Source: a bacterium
GTDB taxonomy: Bacteria; Desulfobacterota; DSWW01
Assembly (NCBI GenBank): GCA_040756235.1
Contig: JBFLZG010000023.1
Span: 1 to 38,973, forward strand
Direction of reading: 5' to 3'
DNA: 38,973 nucleotides
Part shown: one piece after another, positions 15,076 to 24,889 of the stretch
Layout: every line of letters begins with the position of its first letter
How positions within the stretch are numbered: position 1 is the first letter of the stretch
Translations under genes and position numbers: made by a program
The notes under the pieces: generated by a model
The model's input: only the letters and a program-made list of their open reading frames with translations
The model's database searches: none
Told to the model about the DNA's origin: nothing

Positions 15076-18004
15076 TAGAGGGCGTTTTTCGACCACCCTC
15101 TTGGACAGAGTGTCCTGGCAGGTCGTGCCGGTGGGGAACGGCTTTCCCCGGGCTTCCCTGCCGATCGATCTGGAACAGGGAGACCAGGGCGGGCAGGATG
15201 GTGAGCATCGACAAGGTGACGAGCAGAATCGCCAGTGAATTGACCAGGGCGAAGTACCGAAGGGTCGTGGTCTGCGAAAGAAGGAGCATCAGGAACGCGC
15301 AGCAGATCGTTCCGTTGGCCGTGGCCACGGCGCGGCCGACGTGGCGTGACGTCTCGCGAAAGGCCGCTTCCGGTTCGACGCCTGCCAGCTGCTGCCTGTG
15401 CTGGTAGGTGAGAAAATGAATCGAACCGTCGACGCCGAGGCCGATGACGAGCGCGCCGTACAGGACGGTGCCGAAGTCGAGGGGGATCCCTGCCCATCCC
15501 ATGAAGCCGAGCACGGCCACCAGAGGCGCCAGCACGCTCAAGAGCGAGGCCAGGCCTCGTCGGATGGAACGCTGGGTCGCGGAAATGAGGATCAGCACGG
15601 CAAGGGACGCAAGCAGGAGGCTCTGGATCTGGCTCTCGTAGAGGAGCTCATCGAACCGGCGCAGGAGGTCCGGCGCGCCGGCCTGGTCCACCTCGACCGG
15701 CTTGCGCGCGACCACGGCCGTTTCGATGCCGGGAACGGCCCGGACCTGCCTGGAGAAGAAGAAGGGGCGCTCTGCCCAGAGTCCCCAGATCACCCCTTCG
15801 GTGCGCTTGTGAAAGTCCTTGTGCTGCGCCAGCTCGGCCGAGAACAGATCCCGGAGAGGCCGCCCCAGGGCAGCCGCCCTCTCCAGGCGCAGAACGGACT
15901 CGGCTCTCCTGAGGACCCCGGAAGCGGTTTCCAGGGCATCCTCGGGGGCCATGACCTGGGGGGAAGTGAGAGTCCGGGCGATCCGGCCTGCAAGCGCCGT
16001 GTCCCGAATATCGGCTCCGCTTTCCTGCATCACGGCGAGTATCCGCTCGATGACCTCGGGCGGCACGGCCTCGACGGCCTCGTCCTGGAGATAGCTTCGG
16101 CTCGCTGCCCAGACAGGTTCCAGGCTGATCGTGTCGTCGACGCGGCCGAGCTCCGCTTTCATCCTTTCGAGGATCGGCAGGAAGTCGTAGCGGGCGGGCT
16201 TGTCATAACCCTGGGCGAGCCAGGCGATCTGGCGCGCGGCCTCGCGCAGCCTGAGATCCTTCAGGCTTTCGCGGCCTTCCGGGGAGAGCCGCTGCGGGTC
16301 GATCCTCACGATCTCGCCCGAGACGTTCTCGTTCAGGAAGTCCCTCAGCAGCTGGGAGACGTGCCACATGACGTAGGTCTGGGGCTCGCGCAGCAGTCCG
16401 GTCACGAGGGCCTGGGTCCGGTCCGGAGTCACGAAAGTCTTGAGGATCTCCTCTCCCTCCAGGAGCAGCCAGAGATTGGCGATCCCCTCGCGCGTCTCGG
16501 GCACGGCGAAGACGCCGTTCATGAGCCAGTTTTCTTCGGCGAGGAGCCCGTTGATCGAGGTGAAGCTGGAGAGGAGCTCCTCCGAGCGCATGAAGTTCTC
16601 CACGTACTCCTTCATTCCCATGACGGCGGGATCCTCGATGTCCCCCTTGAAGTACATGGCAACCGAGTAAATGCCGCTGAAATGATCGCGCAGGATGTCG
16701 TTGCCCCGGCGAGGTGGAGATTCCTCGGGCAGGAGCTCCACGAAGTCCACGTTGCTCGTGATGCGCGGAATCCCCGATCCGAGGATGAGCAGCCCGATCG
16801 AGCTGACGACGAGGATGCGGCGGGTATGGCGATGCGCCCATCCTCCCAGTCGGTCCAGCAGGTCCGAGAGGAAATCCGGCCTGTCAGCGGCGGTTGAGTG
16901 GATGAGATTCGGCTTGGCCTTCACCAATTGCATGCAGATCGGCAGGAGCACCAGCGACAGGAGGCAGGCCGATCCCAGGCCGAAGGCCAGCTCGATCCCG
17001 AAACGATTGAGGATGTCGATCCGGGTGGTGGCGAAGGTGAGAACCCCGACGATCGTGGTGGCGGCGCTCATGATGATCGGCATCGCGATCTCGGAGCTGG
17101 TGAGGGCCAGGTCTCCTCTTCTCAGAAAGTGGTTGTAGAAGTGGACCGCATACTCGGAGCCCATCGCGATGAGCAGCACGACCACGGCCGGCGTCAGGAC
17201 ATTTGACGGCATCTCGAAGAGCACCTGGAGACCGAAGGTCCAGATCACGCTGAGGACCACCAGGCTCAGAGACAGCACGACTCCCCAGAGGTTCCGCAGG
17301 CCGTAACCGAGAATGATCACCATGGCGAGCAGAGTCAGGGGCACCAGGAGCTCCATGTCCCTGGTCTGATACAGGTCCAGGTAATAGATCAGGGCAGGGT
17401 CGCCGCCAAAGTAGTAAGGGCGGCCTGCCGCAACTTCGTGGATTCTGTCCAGGATGGCCCCGGCTGCGGCGACCTCTTCGGCCTGGCTGTCGATGTTGCA
17501 GATCACGACCGTGAAGGCGGCGTCGGGCGAGATCACGGCGTTGACGTACATCTCCTTGGAGAGCACGTATTCCTCGAGCGCTCGAAGCTCCGAGTCGGAC
17601 CCTGGTATCTCGGGGATGAGATCCCGGATCTCGATGCCGGAATCGGCTCTGCGGATGTCCACGATGTTGGTGAGGCTCGTGACGTTGAAGAGGTCCTTGA
17701 TGCTTTCGAGCTCCCGGGTCATCCTCTGCACGAGGGCCAGGGAGTCGGGATGAAAGACCCCTTTGTCCGAAAAGTCCAGGACCACGAAGACCAGTGCGTT
17801 GGCCGAGAACTGCCTGTCCACGATCCGGTACATCTCGGCAATCCGGTCACGGGCAGGCAGCCAGGTGTCATAGTCGTTGTTGACCTCGAGGTGCCGAGTC
17901 GAGTACGCGAGGCCTGCGGTGATGAGAAGAATGAGGGAGAGAATCCACCAGCGGTAACGGAACAGGCCGCGGGTGAAGCGCGCCATGAAAGACTCGAAGC
18001 TCAT
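15068..18004 (-). CDS. MMPL/RND-family exporter with a large periplasmic insertion
   Basis: Two RND repeats with about 12 TM segments, VTSLTN, IAMGSEYAVH, LGVDGSIH and LTILPAL. Adjacent to the LolA-like and beta-barrel genes. Confidence 0.88.
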   Translation of the reverse strand: MSFESFMARFTRGLFRYRWWILSLILLITAGLAYSTRHLEVNNDYDTWLPARDRIAEMYRIVDRQFSANALVFVVLDFSDKGVFHPDSLALVQRMTRELESIKDLFNVTSLTNIVDIRRADSGIEIRDLIPEIPGSDSELRALEEYVLSKEMYVNAVISPDAAFTVVICNIDSQAEEVAAAGAILDRIHEVAAGRPYYFGGDPALIYYLDLYQTRDMELLVPLTLLAMVIILGYGLRNLWGVVLSLSLVVLSVIWTFGLQVLFEMPSNVLTPAVVVLLIAMGSEYAVHFYNHFLRRGDLALTSSEIAMPIIMSAATTIVGVLTFATTRIDILNRFGIELAFGLGSACLLSLVLLPICMQLVKAKPNLIHSTAADRPDFLSDLLDRLGGWAHRHTRRILVVSSIGLLILGSGIPRITSNVDFVELLPEESPPRRGNDILRDHFSGIYSVAMYFKGDIEDPAVMGMKEYVENFMRSEELLSSFTSINGLLAEENWLMNGVFAVPETREGIANLWLLLEGEEILKTFVTPDRTQALVTGLLREPQTYVMWHVSQLLRDFLNENVSGEIVRIDPQRLSPEGRESLKDLRLREAARQIAWLAQGYDKPARYDFLPILERMKAELGRVDDTISLEPVWAASRSYLQDEAVEAVPPEVIERILAVMQESGADIRDTALAGRIARTLTSPQVMAPEDALETASGVLRRAESVLRLERAAALGRPLRDLFSAELAQHKDFHKRTEGVIWGLWAERPFFFSRQVRAVPGIETAVVARKPVEVDQAGAPDLLRRFDELLYESQIQSLLLASLAVLILISATQRSIRRGLASLLSVLAPLVAVLGFMGWAGIPLDFGTVLYGALVIGLGVDGSIHFLTYQHRQQLAGVEPEAAFRETSRHVGRAVATANGTICCAFLMLLLSQTTTLRYFALVNSLAILLVTLSMLTILPALVSLFQIDRQGSPGKAVPHRHDLPGHSVQEGGRKTPSRG

Positions 18005-18039
18005 CCGACCCCCCGGCACGATGTTCGGGCAGGCAGTAC

Positions 18040-18068
18040 AATATGGATGGCGCGCCAGCGGTTGTCAA
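18040..18068 (-). promoter_or_regulatory. Candidate sigma70 promoter for the MMPL operon
   Basis: Minus strand TTGACA-17nt-CATATT. Confidence 0.5.
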
Positions 18069-18090
18069 ACAGTTGTTCTATGGAGCCACC

Positions 18091-18181
18091 GTAGGGGTGA
18101 TCGGCCGGTCGCCCTTACGGAAAACACACCGCGATCGGCGCGATCTCTTCGGAAACCCCGTAGGGGCGAGCGGCGCTCGCC
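18091..18181 (+). repeat. Two GTAG-type REP hairpins
   Basis: GTAGGGGTGATCGGCCGGTCGCCCTTAC (18091-18118) and GTAGGGGCGAGCGGCGCTCGCC (18160-18181). Confidence 0.7.
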
Positions 18182-18202
18182 TGGAAGAAGAACCGGCAAC
18201 CG

Positions 18203-20755
18203 CTAGCGGAGGCGTGGGAACGGGCCCCGTTCAGGCACGGCTTGCATCGGCCAGCCGCCCTGCGGAGAGGCCAGCTCCCCCAGCACGAAGGCGATCCCCG
18301 GGGTGTCCTGGCCGGCGCGTATGGTCACCGGCTCGGGCAAAGAGCCGCACGCGTCCTCGATGTCGCAGATGAAGCCGTCGTCGTCGCGGTCGGTGCCGGC
18401 TATCACCAGGTAGCTGCCCGGTTCGGCGGCTGCGGTTTCGAAGACGTAGCTGCGGCCGGCGTCAGACTCTGCCTGCGCCACTGCCTCCAGGCTCCCCCGC
18501 TCCAGCAGGAGAATGAAGACCTGGCCGACGTCCCCCATCGTCTTTCCGCCCACCTCCATCTCGACTTGGATCAGGGCTCTCGTGCTGCCCTCGGTGGCGT
18601 CGGAATCGACCTGGATCGTGGCGGTGTAGGACCCCTGTGACAGGCCGGTGCGATCGATCGCTGCGGATACGGTCAGGGGGGCGGTGCCGGAAGTGCGGGA
18701 AAGGATGAGCCACGGGGCGTCATCGGTGATGGATGTCACTTCCAGGGTCTCGATCCCGGCGTTGGTGACCTCGAAGCTGAGAGCACCGATGAAGTTGTCG
18801 AAGTGCAGGGAGGGAGTGGAGACCTGGAGGATCGATCCGGTCGGCAGGGTTGCCCCCCCGCCGGGGACTTCCTGCGCTGCGATCAGGGCCTGGGCCGCAT
18901 CGATGATGCCGTGGCCGTAGAGGTCGTCCTTGCCCGGCTCTCCCAGGTCGCGCGTGATCCGGGTCGTCGTGTCCGGATGTGTGCCGGAGATGAGGTTGTC
19001 CAGGTCGGCCGGAGTCAGGTTCGGATTCACGGCCAGCATGAGAGCGGCCATTCCGCTCATGTGTGCGCAAGCCATCGAGGTCCCCTGGTAGAAGCGGTAG
19101 ATGTACTCGCCTTGGTCGGTCCCCATGGTGCTCAAGACTCCGTCCGCGTAGCCGTCGCCGTTCAAATCCGCGCCCGTGTTCCCTCCGGGGGCCGCGACGT
19201 CGATGTAGGGGCCGAAGTTCGAATAGGCGGCTTTCTGAGAATTGAGGTCCACCGCGGAGACCGCAACGACGCCGGTCAGGCTGGCCGGAGATTGGAAGGC
19301 GCTGGAGTTGGAGTTTCCCGCGGCCGCGACCAGGATGACGCCCTGGTTGCGGGCGCTGCGGACCGCGTCCTCCAAGGTTTGGCTGTAGCCGGATCCGGCA
19401 AAGCTCATGTTGATCAGGTCCGCGCGCTCCGCCGGAACGGTACCGGAGCTGTTCGGCAGGCCGGCCGCATAGCGAATGGCCTGGGCGATGTCGGCGTCCG
19501 CGCCTCCGTCGACCCCCAGGGCGCGAAGCGGCATGAGGCGGGTCTGCCACGTCACGCCGGCAACGCCGACCGCATTGTGGGTGACCGCCCCCGCGGTCCC
19601 GGCCACGTGCGTGCCATGAAAGGAACTGGACTGCCCTCGCGGATCGTCGCCGGGATCGTCGGGGTCGGAGTCCGGACCGTCGCCATCGTTTGCGCTTTGC
19701 AGGTCCCGGATGAAGTCGAATCCCTGAATCAGGCGGGAACCGAGGTCCGGGTGGCCGAGGAGCACGCCCGTGTCGATGATCGCGACCGTCACCTCGTTGG
19801 TGCCCGTGGCCATGTCCCAGGCCTGGGGCAGGTTCATGAGGCGGTAGTGCCACTGGAGGTCGAAGCTCGGGTCATTCGGGACCCTCGCACTCCTCCGCAG
19901 GAAGTTGGGCTCGGCGTAAGTGACCGCAGGATCCCCGGCCAGGCGCCGCAGATGTTCGAGGGTGAGGGCCTGGAGCGCCCGGACCTCGCTCCCCGGCAGC
20001 GACAGCTTGCCGGCTGCCTGGGGCCTCAGACGGCCGTCGGCGGGCGCCGGTATCTTGAGGAGATCGACTCCCTCGGGGAAAGAGGCCTCCGTCTCCAGCC
20101 CGCGCGCGGCAGCGATGCCCATGGGCCGGGCGGCTGCGAGCTTTCCCTCCGGTCTCCATTTGACGAGGATCTCTCCAGGCACGAATCGGGCCGCTGCAGG
20201 GATCAGCGCCGTATCGGTGGACGATGTCAGAGAGAGGACGTAGGCGCTGGCGCCCTTGAAGGCCCGCACGCCGAGATAGAAAAGGGCGCCGGCGGGAATC
20301 TCCATGAACTCGGTCGAAGTGTAGCCCTCCGAAGAGTCGATGACCACCCCCAGGCTGTTCAGCAGGATCAGGTCGAGATCGTTCAGGTCCAGATCGTCCG
20401 CGGCGATCGTCAGGCTGGCGTTGAGTGGCTCCGAGGTCTGGATGCGGTACAGGTCGCCTATGGTGAAAGACTGGCCCGGCGGAGTGAATCCGGGGTCGGC
20501 GGCGGACACCGTGCCCGAGATCACGGCGCTGGCGGCGAGCTCCTGCGCTGCGGAGAGAGTCTCGTTGGGTTCGTCTTCCCGGCCGTAGTTGGGGGGTACG
20601 ATGAGGTGCCCCGAGGCGGTTCCGGCGGACGCGGTCTCTTCGCCGTCTCCCCCTCCGCCGCCGCAGCCGGCCAGGAGAGCCAGGCTCAGTAACAAGATTG
20701 CAGGGGTGAGAATGGAGCGGGCAGGCCAGGAACCGAGGGCAGATATCGTGCTCAT
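18203..20755 (-). CDS. S8 subtilisin-family serine peptidase, lipoprotein, multidomain
   Basis: Lipobox LLAGC, triad IIDTG / FHGTHVAG / GTSMA, and AAAGN. N-terminal PPC-like (EDEPNET) and C-terminal BACON/Ig-like (APWLIL) regions. The start is uncertain. Confidence 0.9.
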   Translation of the reverse strand: MSTISALGSWPARSILTPAILLLSLALLAGCGGGGGDGEETASAGTASGHLIVPPNYGREDEPNETLSAAQELAASAVISGTVSAADPGFTPPGQSFTIGDLYRIQTSEPLNASLTIAADDLDLNDLDLILLNSLGVVIDSSEGYTSTEFMEIPAGALFYLGVRAFKGASAYVLSLTSSTDTALIPAAARFVPGEILVKWRPEGKLAAARPMGIAAARGLETEASFPEGVDLLKIPAPADGRLRPQAAGKLSLPGSEVRALQALTLEHLRRLAGDPAVTYAEPNFLRRSARVPNDPSFDLQWHYRLMNLPQAWDMATGTNEVTVAIIDTGVLLGHPDLGSRLIQGFDFIRDLQSANDGDGPDSDPDDPGDDPRGQSSSFHGTHVAGTAGAVTHNAVGVAGVTWQTRLMPLRALGVDGGADADIAQAIRYAAGLPNSSGTVPAERADLINMSFAGSGYSQTLEDAVRSARNQGVILVAAAGNSNSSAFQSPASLTGVVAVSAVDLNSQKAAYSNFGPYIDVAAPGGNTGADLNGDGYADGVLSTMGTDQGEYIYRFYQGTSMACAHMSGMAALMLAVNPNLTPADLDNLISGTHPDTTTRITRDLGEPGKDDLYGHGIIDAAQALIAAQEVPGGGATLPTGSILQVSTPSLHFDNFIGALSFEVTNAGIETLEVTSITDDAPWLILSRTSGTAPLTVSAAIDRTGLSQGSYTATIQVDSDATEGSTRALIQVEMEVGGKTMGDVGQVFILLLERGSLEAVAQAESDAGRSYVFETAAAEPGSYLVIAGTDRDDDGFICDIEDACGSLPEPVTIRAGQDTPGIAFVLGELASPQGGWPMQAVPERGPFPRLR

Positions 20756-20955
20756 GGATGGGCTCCGAAAGATTCGGTGTGCTGACGGAAAGCCTCTACC
20801 CGTCTTCTCATAGCACGCATCGGCAAAAACATAAACCGAAGAAACAGCAGCGACGAAGCTGCGTCTTGTCGGGCAGGGCAGGTTTCTTGGGGTCGAGCTC
20901 AGGACGGTGCTTCTTGGGCACGCGCGAAATAACCGAGGAGCGTGGAACGCGTCAC

Positions 20956-22185
20956 CTACCCGGAGCAGACGGCCGAGCGGCAGGAGGCCCGCGGAAGCCG
21001 CGCCACGCAGCGCCTCGGCCTCTGCACCGCTTTGCGCACGGCCCCGATCACCCGTCCGACATCCGAGTCGCTCATGCCGGCCGAAAGAGGAAGGCTCACG
21101 GTCTGCCGACCGATGCGCATCGCCTTGGGAAACTGCTCGGGCACCCATCCGAACGTGTTGCGGTAGTAGGGGTGCTCGGGGATGCTCAGGTAGTGAATGC
21201 CGGTGCCGACGCCCTCGGCTGCCAGGGCCCGCATGAACCCGGCGCGGCGCACTCCCGTCAAGGCCTCATCGACTCGGACCGTGTACAGGTGAAAGGCGTG
21301 CTTCGTCCCCGGCTCCGGATCCGCAGGAAGCAGCAGAGGCAGGTCTGCGAGCTCCGTCTGATAGCACTCCCAGATCTGCCTGCGCCTTTTCCAGTTCGCG
21401 TGGATCCTCTTCAACTGGTGCACGCCGAGGGCCGCCTGCAGATCGGTCATGTTGTACTTGAATCCCGCCTCTTCGACCCGGTAGGTATCGCAGCCTCCTT
21501 CCGTGAAGCGCTCCCAGGCGCCCTTGCTCATTCCGTGCAGGGCGAGCGTTCGCAGGCGGCGGGCATCCCCGGGCCGCTCGGCCAGGACCATGCCTCCCTC
21601 GCCTGTCACCACGCTCTTGGTGGCGTAGAAGCTGAAGCATCCCAGTCGGCCGAAGGTCCCTACTCTTCGCCCCCTGTACTCGGCCTCGACAGCGTGGGCG
21701 CAGTCTTCCACGATCTCCAGCCCGAAGTGATCGCGCATCCGGCAAAGCGCTGCCAGATTGCAGGGCCGCCCGGCGAAGTGGACGGGGAGGACGGCGCGGG
21801 TCCGGGGTGTGATCAAGCTCTCGACCTGTTCGGGTTCCAGGTTCATGCTCGTTGGGTCCACGTCCGCAAGCACCGGGGTGGCCCCGGCGTGGACGATCGC
21901 GTTCACGGTGGCACAGAAAGTCAGGGACGTGGTGATGACCTCGTCGCCGGGTTTCAATCCCAAGATGAGAAGGCTGAGATGCAGACCCGCACTGCAGGAG
22001 TTGACGGCTACGGCGTGCGGACCCCGTACCTCTCTACGGAACGCCTCTTCGAAAGCCTTCACCCTCGGACCGCTGCCGAGCCAGCCGCTCCTGAGGGTCT
22101 TCACGACCTCCCGGATCTCGGGCTCTCCGATTCGAGGAGCCCCGAAGACCAGAAAGCGCTTCCTGCCTCGGACTGCATCCGCCAT
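20956..22185 (-). CDS. DegT/DnrJ/EryC1/StrS PLP-dependent sugar aminotransferase
   Basis: SGWLGSGP, EDCAHA, FSFYATK, TGEGG, GFKYNMTD and SLPL. Confidence 0.93.
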   Translation of the reverse strand: MADAVRGRKRFLVFGAPRIGEPEIREVVKTLRSGWLGSGPRVKAFEEAFRREVRGPHAVAVNSCSAGLHLSLLILGLKPGDEVITTSLTFCATVNAIVHAGATPVLADVDPTSMNLEPEQVESLITPRTRAVLPVHFAGRPCNLAALCRMRDHFGLEIVEDCAHAVEAEYRGRRVGTFGRLGCFSFYATKSVVTGEGGMVLAERPGDARRLRTLALHGMSKGAWERFTEGGCDTYRVEEAGFKYNMTDLQAALGVHQLKRIHANWKRRRQIWECYQTELADLPLLLPADPEPGTKHAFHLYTVRVDEALTGVRRAGFMRALAAEGVGTGIHYLSIPEHPYYRNTFGWVPEQFPKAMRIGRQTVSLPLSAGMSDSDVGRVIGAVRKAVQRPRRCVARLPRASCRSAVCSG

Positions 22186-23323
22186 TGGACTTGTCCCTCC
22201 CCATGGTCCGAATCTCCCTCCGTTCCGCGAGCCCCCGGTAGAGACGCCGGATCTCCTCCACCATGGCATCGACGCGGAAGCAGCCGGAACGAGCACGGCC
22301 GGCTGCTGCCATCTCCCTGCGACGTTCCGGATCGTCGATCAGCTCTCTCAGAGAGGCAGCCAGTGCATGCGCGTTCCTGGGGGGCACGAAAACAGCAGCT
22401 CCGCTCTTGCCCTCCGCTTCGCGCAGAGAGTCGAGCGAAGAAGCCACCACGGGCAATCCGCTTGCCATCGCCTCCGGCAGGATGAGAGGCATCCCCTCAA
22501 AAAGAGAGGGGATGGCCAGGATGTCGAAGGCACAAAGCAGCTCGGCCAGATCGCGGCGATACCCGCACAACAGGACCTTGCGCTCCAGCCTCAGCTCTCT
22601 TCGAAGCTCCTCCAGCTTGCCCCGCTGATCCCCGTCGCCGACGATGGCGAAGCGGACGGACGGTCGATCCTGCAGGAGGGCCGCTGCGCGGATCAGGAAC
22701 GAGAGCCCCTTTTGCTCGGAAAGACGTGCCACGGCGCCCACGACCACGCAGGCCTCCTCGAGGCCCAGTCCGATGCGGACGGCTTGACGGACAGCGATCC
22801 GAGCGTCCTGCGGGATTTGCGGCAGGGAGACCCCGTAGCGGATGACGTGGATCTTCTCCGGGGGGACATCTCTCCGGATGGCCTCGTCCCGTACTTCCGT
22901 GGAACCCCCGATCACGGCGTCGCAGCATCTGTCCAGCAGGCGGTCCAGCCATCGAAGCCGGCTGGCGCCGTGCAGGCCGGTTTCCTTCAGGGCTGCTACG
23001 TGCCGCGTTTCCACGGTGCGCCCGGTCCGGACCAGGCGAGCGGCCAAGCAGGGGAGTCGGCTATAGGCATGGGTGTGGACGATGTCATAGCGGCCGACGT
23101 AGACCAGCCGCATCAGCCTGGCGAGCCCGATCACTCTGGACCCTCGCCAGCGCGTGACATGCACCGGGATACCCGCCTCGGAGAGTTTGTCGACCAGCTC
23201 CCCCCGGCACGGGACGACGACCTCCGCCTGGTCTCCGAGCCTCCGCAAGCCCGCGGCAAGGGCCAGAACGTGTTTCTCGGTGCCGAAGAGCGCAGCCTGA
23301 GGGCTCAGCAACAAGATCTTCAT
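22034..23323 (-). CDS. Glycosyltransferase family 4
   Basis: GTEKHV, DIVHTH, ARLSEQKG and PSLFEGMPLILPEAMASGLPVV. The 3' end overlaps the DegT gene. Confidence 0.88.
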   Translation of the reverse strand: MKILLLSPQAALFGTEKHVLALAAGLRRLGDQAEVVVPCRGELVDKLSEAGIPVHVTRWRGSRVIGLARLMRLVYVGRYDIVHTHAYSRLPCLAARLVRTGRTVETRHVAALKETGLHGASRLRWLDRLLDRCCDAVIGGSTEVRDEAIRRDVPPEKIHVIRYGVSLPQIPQDARIAVRQAVRIGLGLEEACVVVGAVARLSEQKGLSFLIRAAALLQDRPSVRFAIVGDGDQRGKLEELRRELRLERKVLLCGYRRDLAELLCAFDILAIPSLFEGMPLILPEAMASGLPVVASSLDSLREAEGKSGAAVFVPPRNAHALAASLRELIDDPERRREMAAAGRARSGCFRVDAMVEEIRRLYRGLAERREIRTMGRDKSNGGCSPRQEALSGLRGSSNRRARDPGGREDPQERLARQRSEGEGFRRGVP

Positions 23324-23364
23324 TGGAGTTCTGCCATACCAGCATACAACTGTTAGAATGCAAA

Positions 23365-23391
23365 ACTATAGCAGAACGCCGGTGAAAGCAA
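23365..23391 (-). promoter_or_regulatory. Candidate extended -10 promoter for GT4-DegT
   Basis: Minus strand TGC-TATAGT, with TTGCTT 15 nt upstream of the -10 (short spacer). Confidence 0.4.
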
Positions 23392-23632
23392 GGATGGAGC
23401 GGGTGCTCCGCAGGGATCAGCCGGAAGCCCGATAACGGTTTTTGACTGCGGAGCGCCGCGGTCGGGCGAGCCGGCCATTTCTGATGGTCGCAAACAAGGC
23501 AAGCGTGCCCCACGGAGAGGCTCTGCAAGAATGACTACCGCCCCTCTCGAAAGCCGTGAAGGAGACGAAATTCGAGTCGGTCAACCGCACAGATCATGCA
23601 GCCACGACGCCACGTTCAAGGAGAATCAGTCT

Positions 23633-24706
23633 TCACATCTTGAACTCGATGCCGCGGCTGGCGGCGCGCTTGAAGTTCCACTCGATCAGGTTGGCCGGAG
23701 GCGTCTCCTGCTCGGCTTCGGGCCTGCGGACCAGTCGGATGGATTCCGTCGGGCAGGTGGGCGTACAGACGCCGCAACCGATACAGCGTTCAGCGAGGAT
23801 GCGGTAGCCGCCGTTCTCCTCCACGATCGCCTCCATGGGACAACGTTCGTCCGCGCACACCCCGCAGGCGGCGCACGAGTCGTCGTCGATGGCGGCAATG
23901 AAATTGCTTGGTGCCATGATGTAAGGCGCCTTGAGCTCCTTGACGCCCCTGAGAATTCCGCAGCAGCAGGAGCAACAGTTGCAGATGAAGGCCTGCCCTT
24001 CGACCACGTTGTAAGTGCAGTGCACGAGCCCTTCCTGCTCGGCTTGCTCGAGCAGCTTGTAGGCCTCCTCCTTGGAGACGGCTCTTCCGCGGTGGTACTT
24101 CTCGAAGGCGTTTTCTTCGGCCGAGAGGGACAGGCAGATCTCTTTGGTGTGCTTGCACGGGTGCCCCTCCAGCTCGCGCTCCTTGCGGCAGATGCACTCG
24201 GCGACTTCAAAGGACGCGGACTCCTCGATGAGCCGGCGCACGTCCTCGTACCGGTGCACGGTGAGATCGCCTTTCACCTCGGTGGCGACCGGGACGACCC
24301 GGGTCACGGCGGGCGTGAAGTGTCCGAAGCTGCCGAGCAGGCGCGGAGCATACTCCTCGAACATGGCCGAAAGCTCCTTGTCCATGCGGGGCAGCTGGAA
24401 CTCGTAGATCCCGATCACGAAGGGGAAGAGCATGTAGACCTGCTGGCCGAAGAACTTGAAGCTGCCGATCTGCCCCTTCTCCACCATCTTGTCCAGGATC
24501 GCTTGCATCTCGGGGACGGTCTTGGCGAGACGCTGGGCGATGGCCTCCACGGTTTCCGGGACCGGCCGGATGTTCAGGGCCATCTCCGCTTCTTCCGGGG
24601 TGAAGATCTTCTGCAGGATCTTCAGCTCGATCCCGCTCTCCGTGGGCGGGTAGCCGCTGGGGATTTCATCGAGCTTGTGTGCCAGGCGCTTGTAGACATC
24701 GGTCAT
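23633..24706 (-). CDS. 4Fe-4S dicluster-containing protein with an extra Cys-rich domain
   Basis: CICR, CNCCSCCCG, CAACGVCADERCP and CIGCGVCTPTCP. GGAG lies upstream of ATG 24706. Confidence 0.88.
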   Translation of the reverse strand: MTDVYKRLAHKLDEIPSGYPPTESGIELKILQKIFTPEEAEMALNIRPVPETVEAIAQRLAKTVPEMQAILDKMVEKGQIGSFKFFGQQVYMLFPFVIGIYEFQLPRMDKELSAMFEEYAPRLLGSFGHFTPAVTRVVPVATEVKGDLTVHRYEDVRRLIEESASFEVAECICRKERELEGHPCKHTKEICLSLSAEENAFEKYHRGRAVSKEEAYKLLEQAEQEGLVHCTYNVVEGQAFICNCCSCCCGILRGVKELKAPYIMAPSNFIAAIDDDSCAACGVCADERCPMEAIVEENGGYRILAERCIGCGVCTPTCPTESIRLVRRPEAEQETPPANLIEWNFKRAASRGIEFKM

Positions 24707-24759
24707 CCTTGAATTCTCCTTTCCTCTGTTCGAGAGTATATCGGGAAACACCGTCTCGA

Positions 24760-24889
24760 GAGGCTGTTGAGAAATGCCCAGATGCTAGGCGCGCGAGATT
24801 CCGAGGAATGAGGCGTACATGGGGAATCACAGTGCACCCCGGCCTGCGCATGAGCGCAACGCCGCAGATGGGCGTTTATCGACAGCCTC
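24760..24889 (-). mobile_element. MITE-like element, family B, copy 2 (shortest form)
   Basis: Ends GAGGCTGTTGAGAAATGCCCAGATGC and GCAGATGGGCGTTTATCGACAGCCTC. Inverted relative to copies 1 and 3. Confidence 0.78.
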
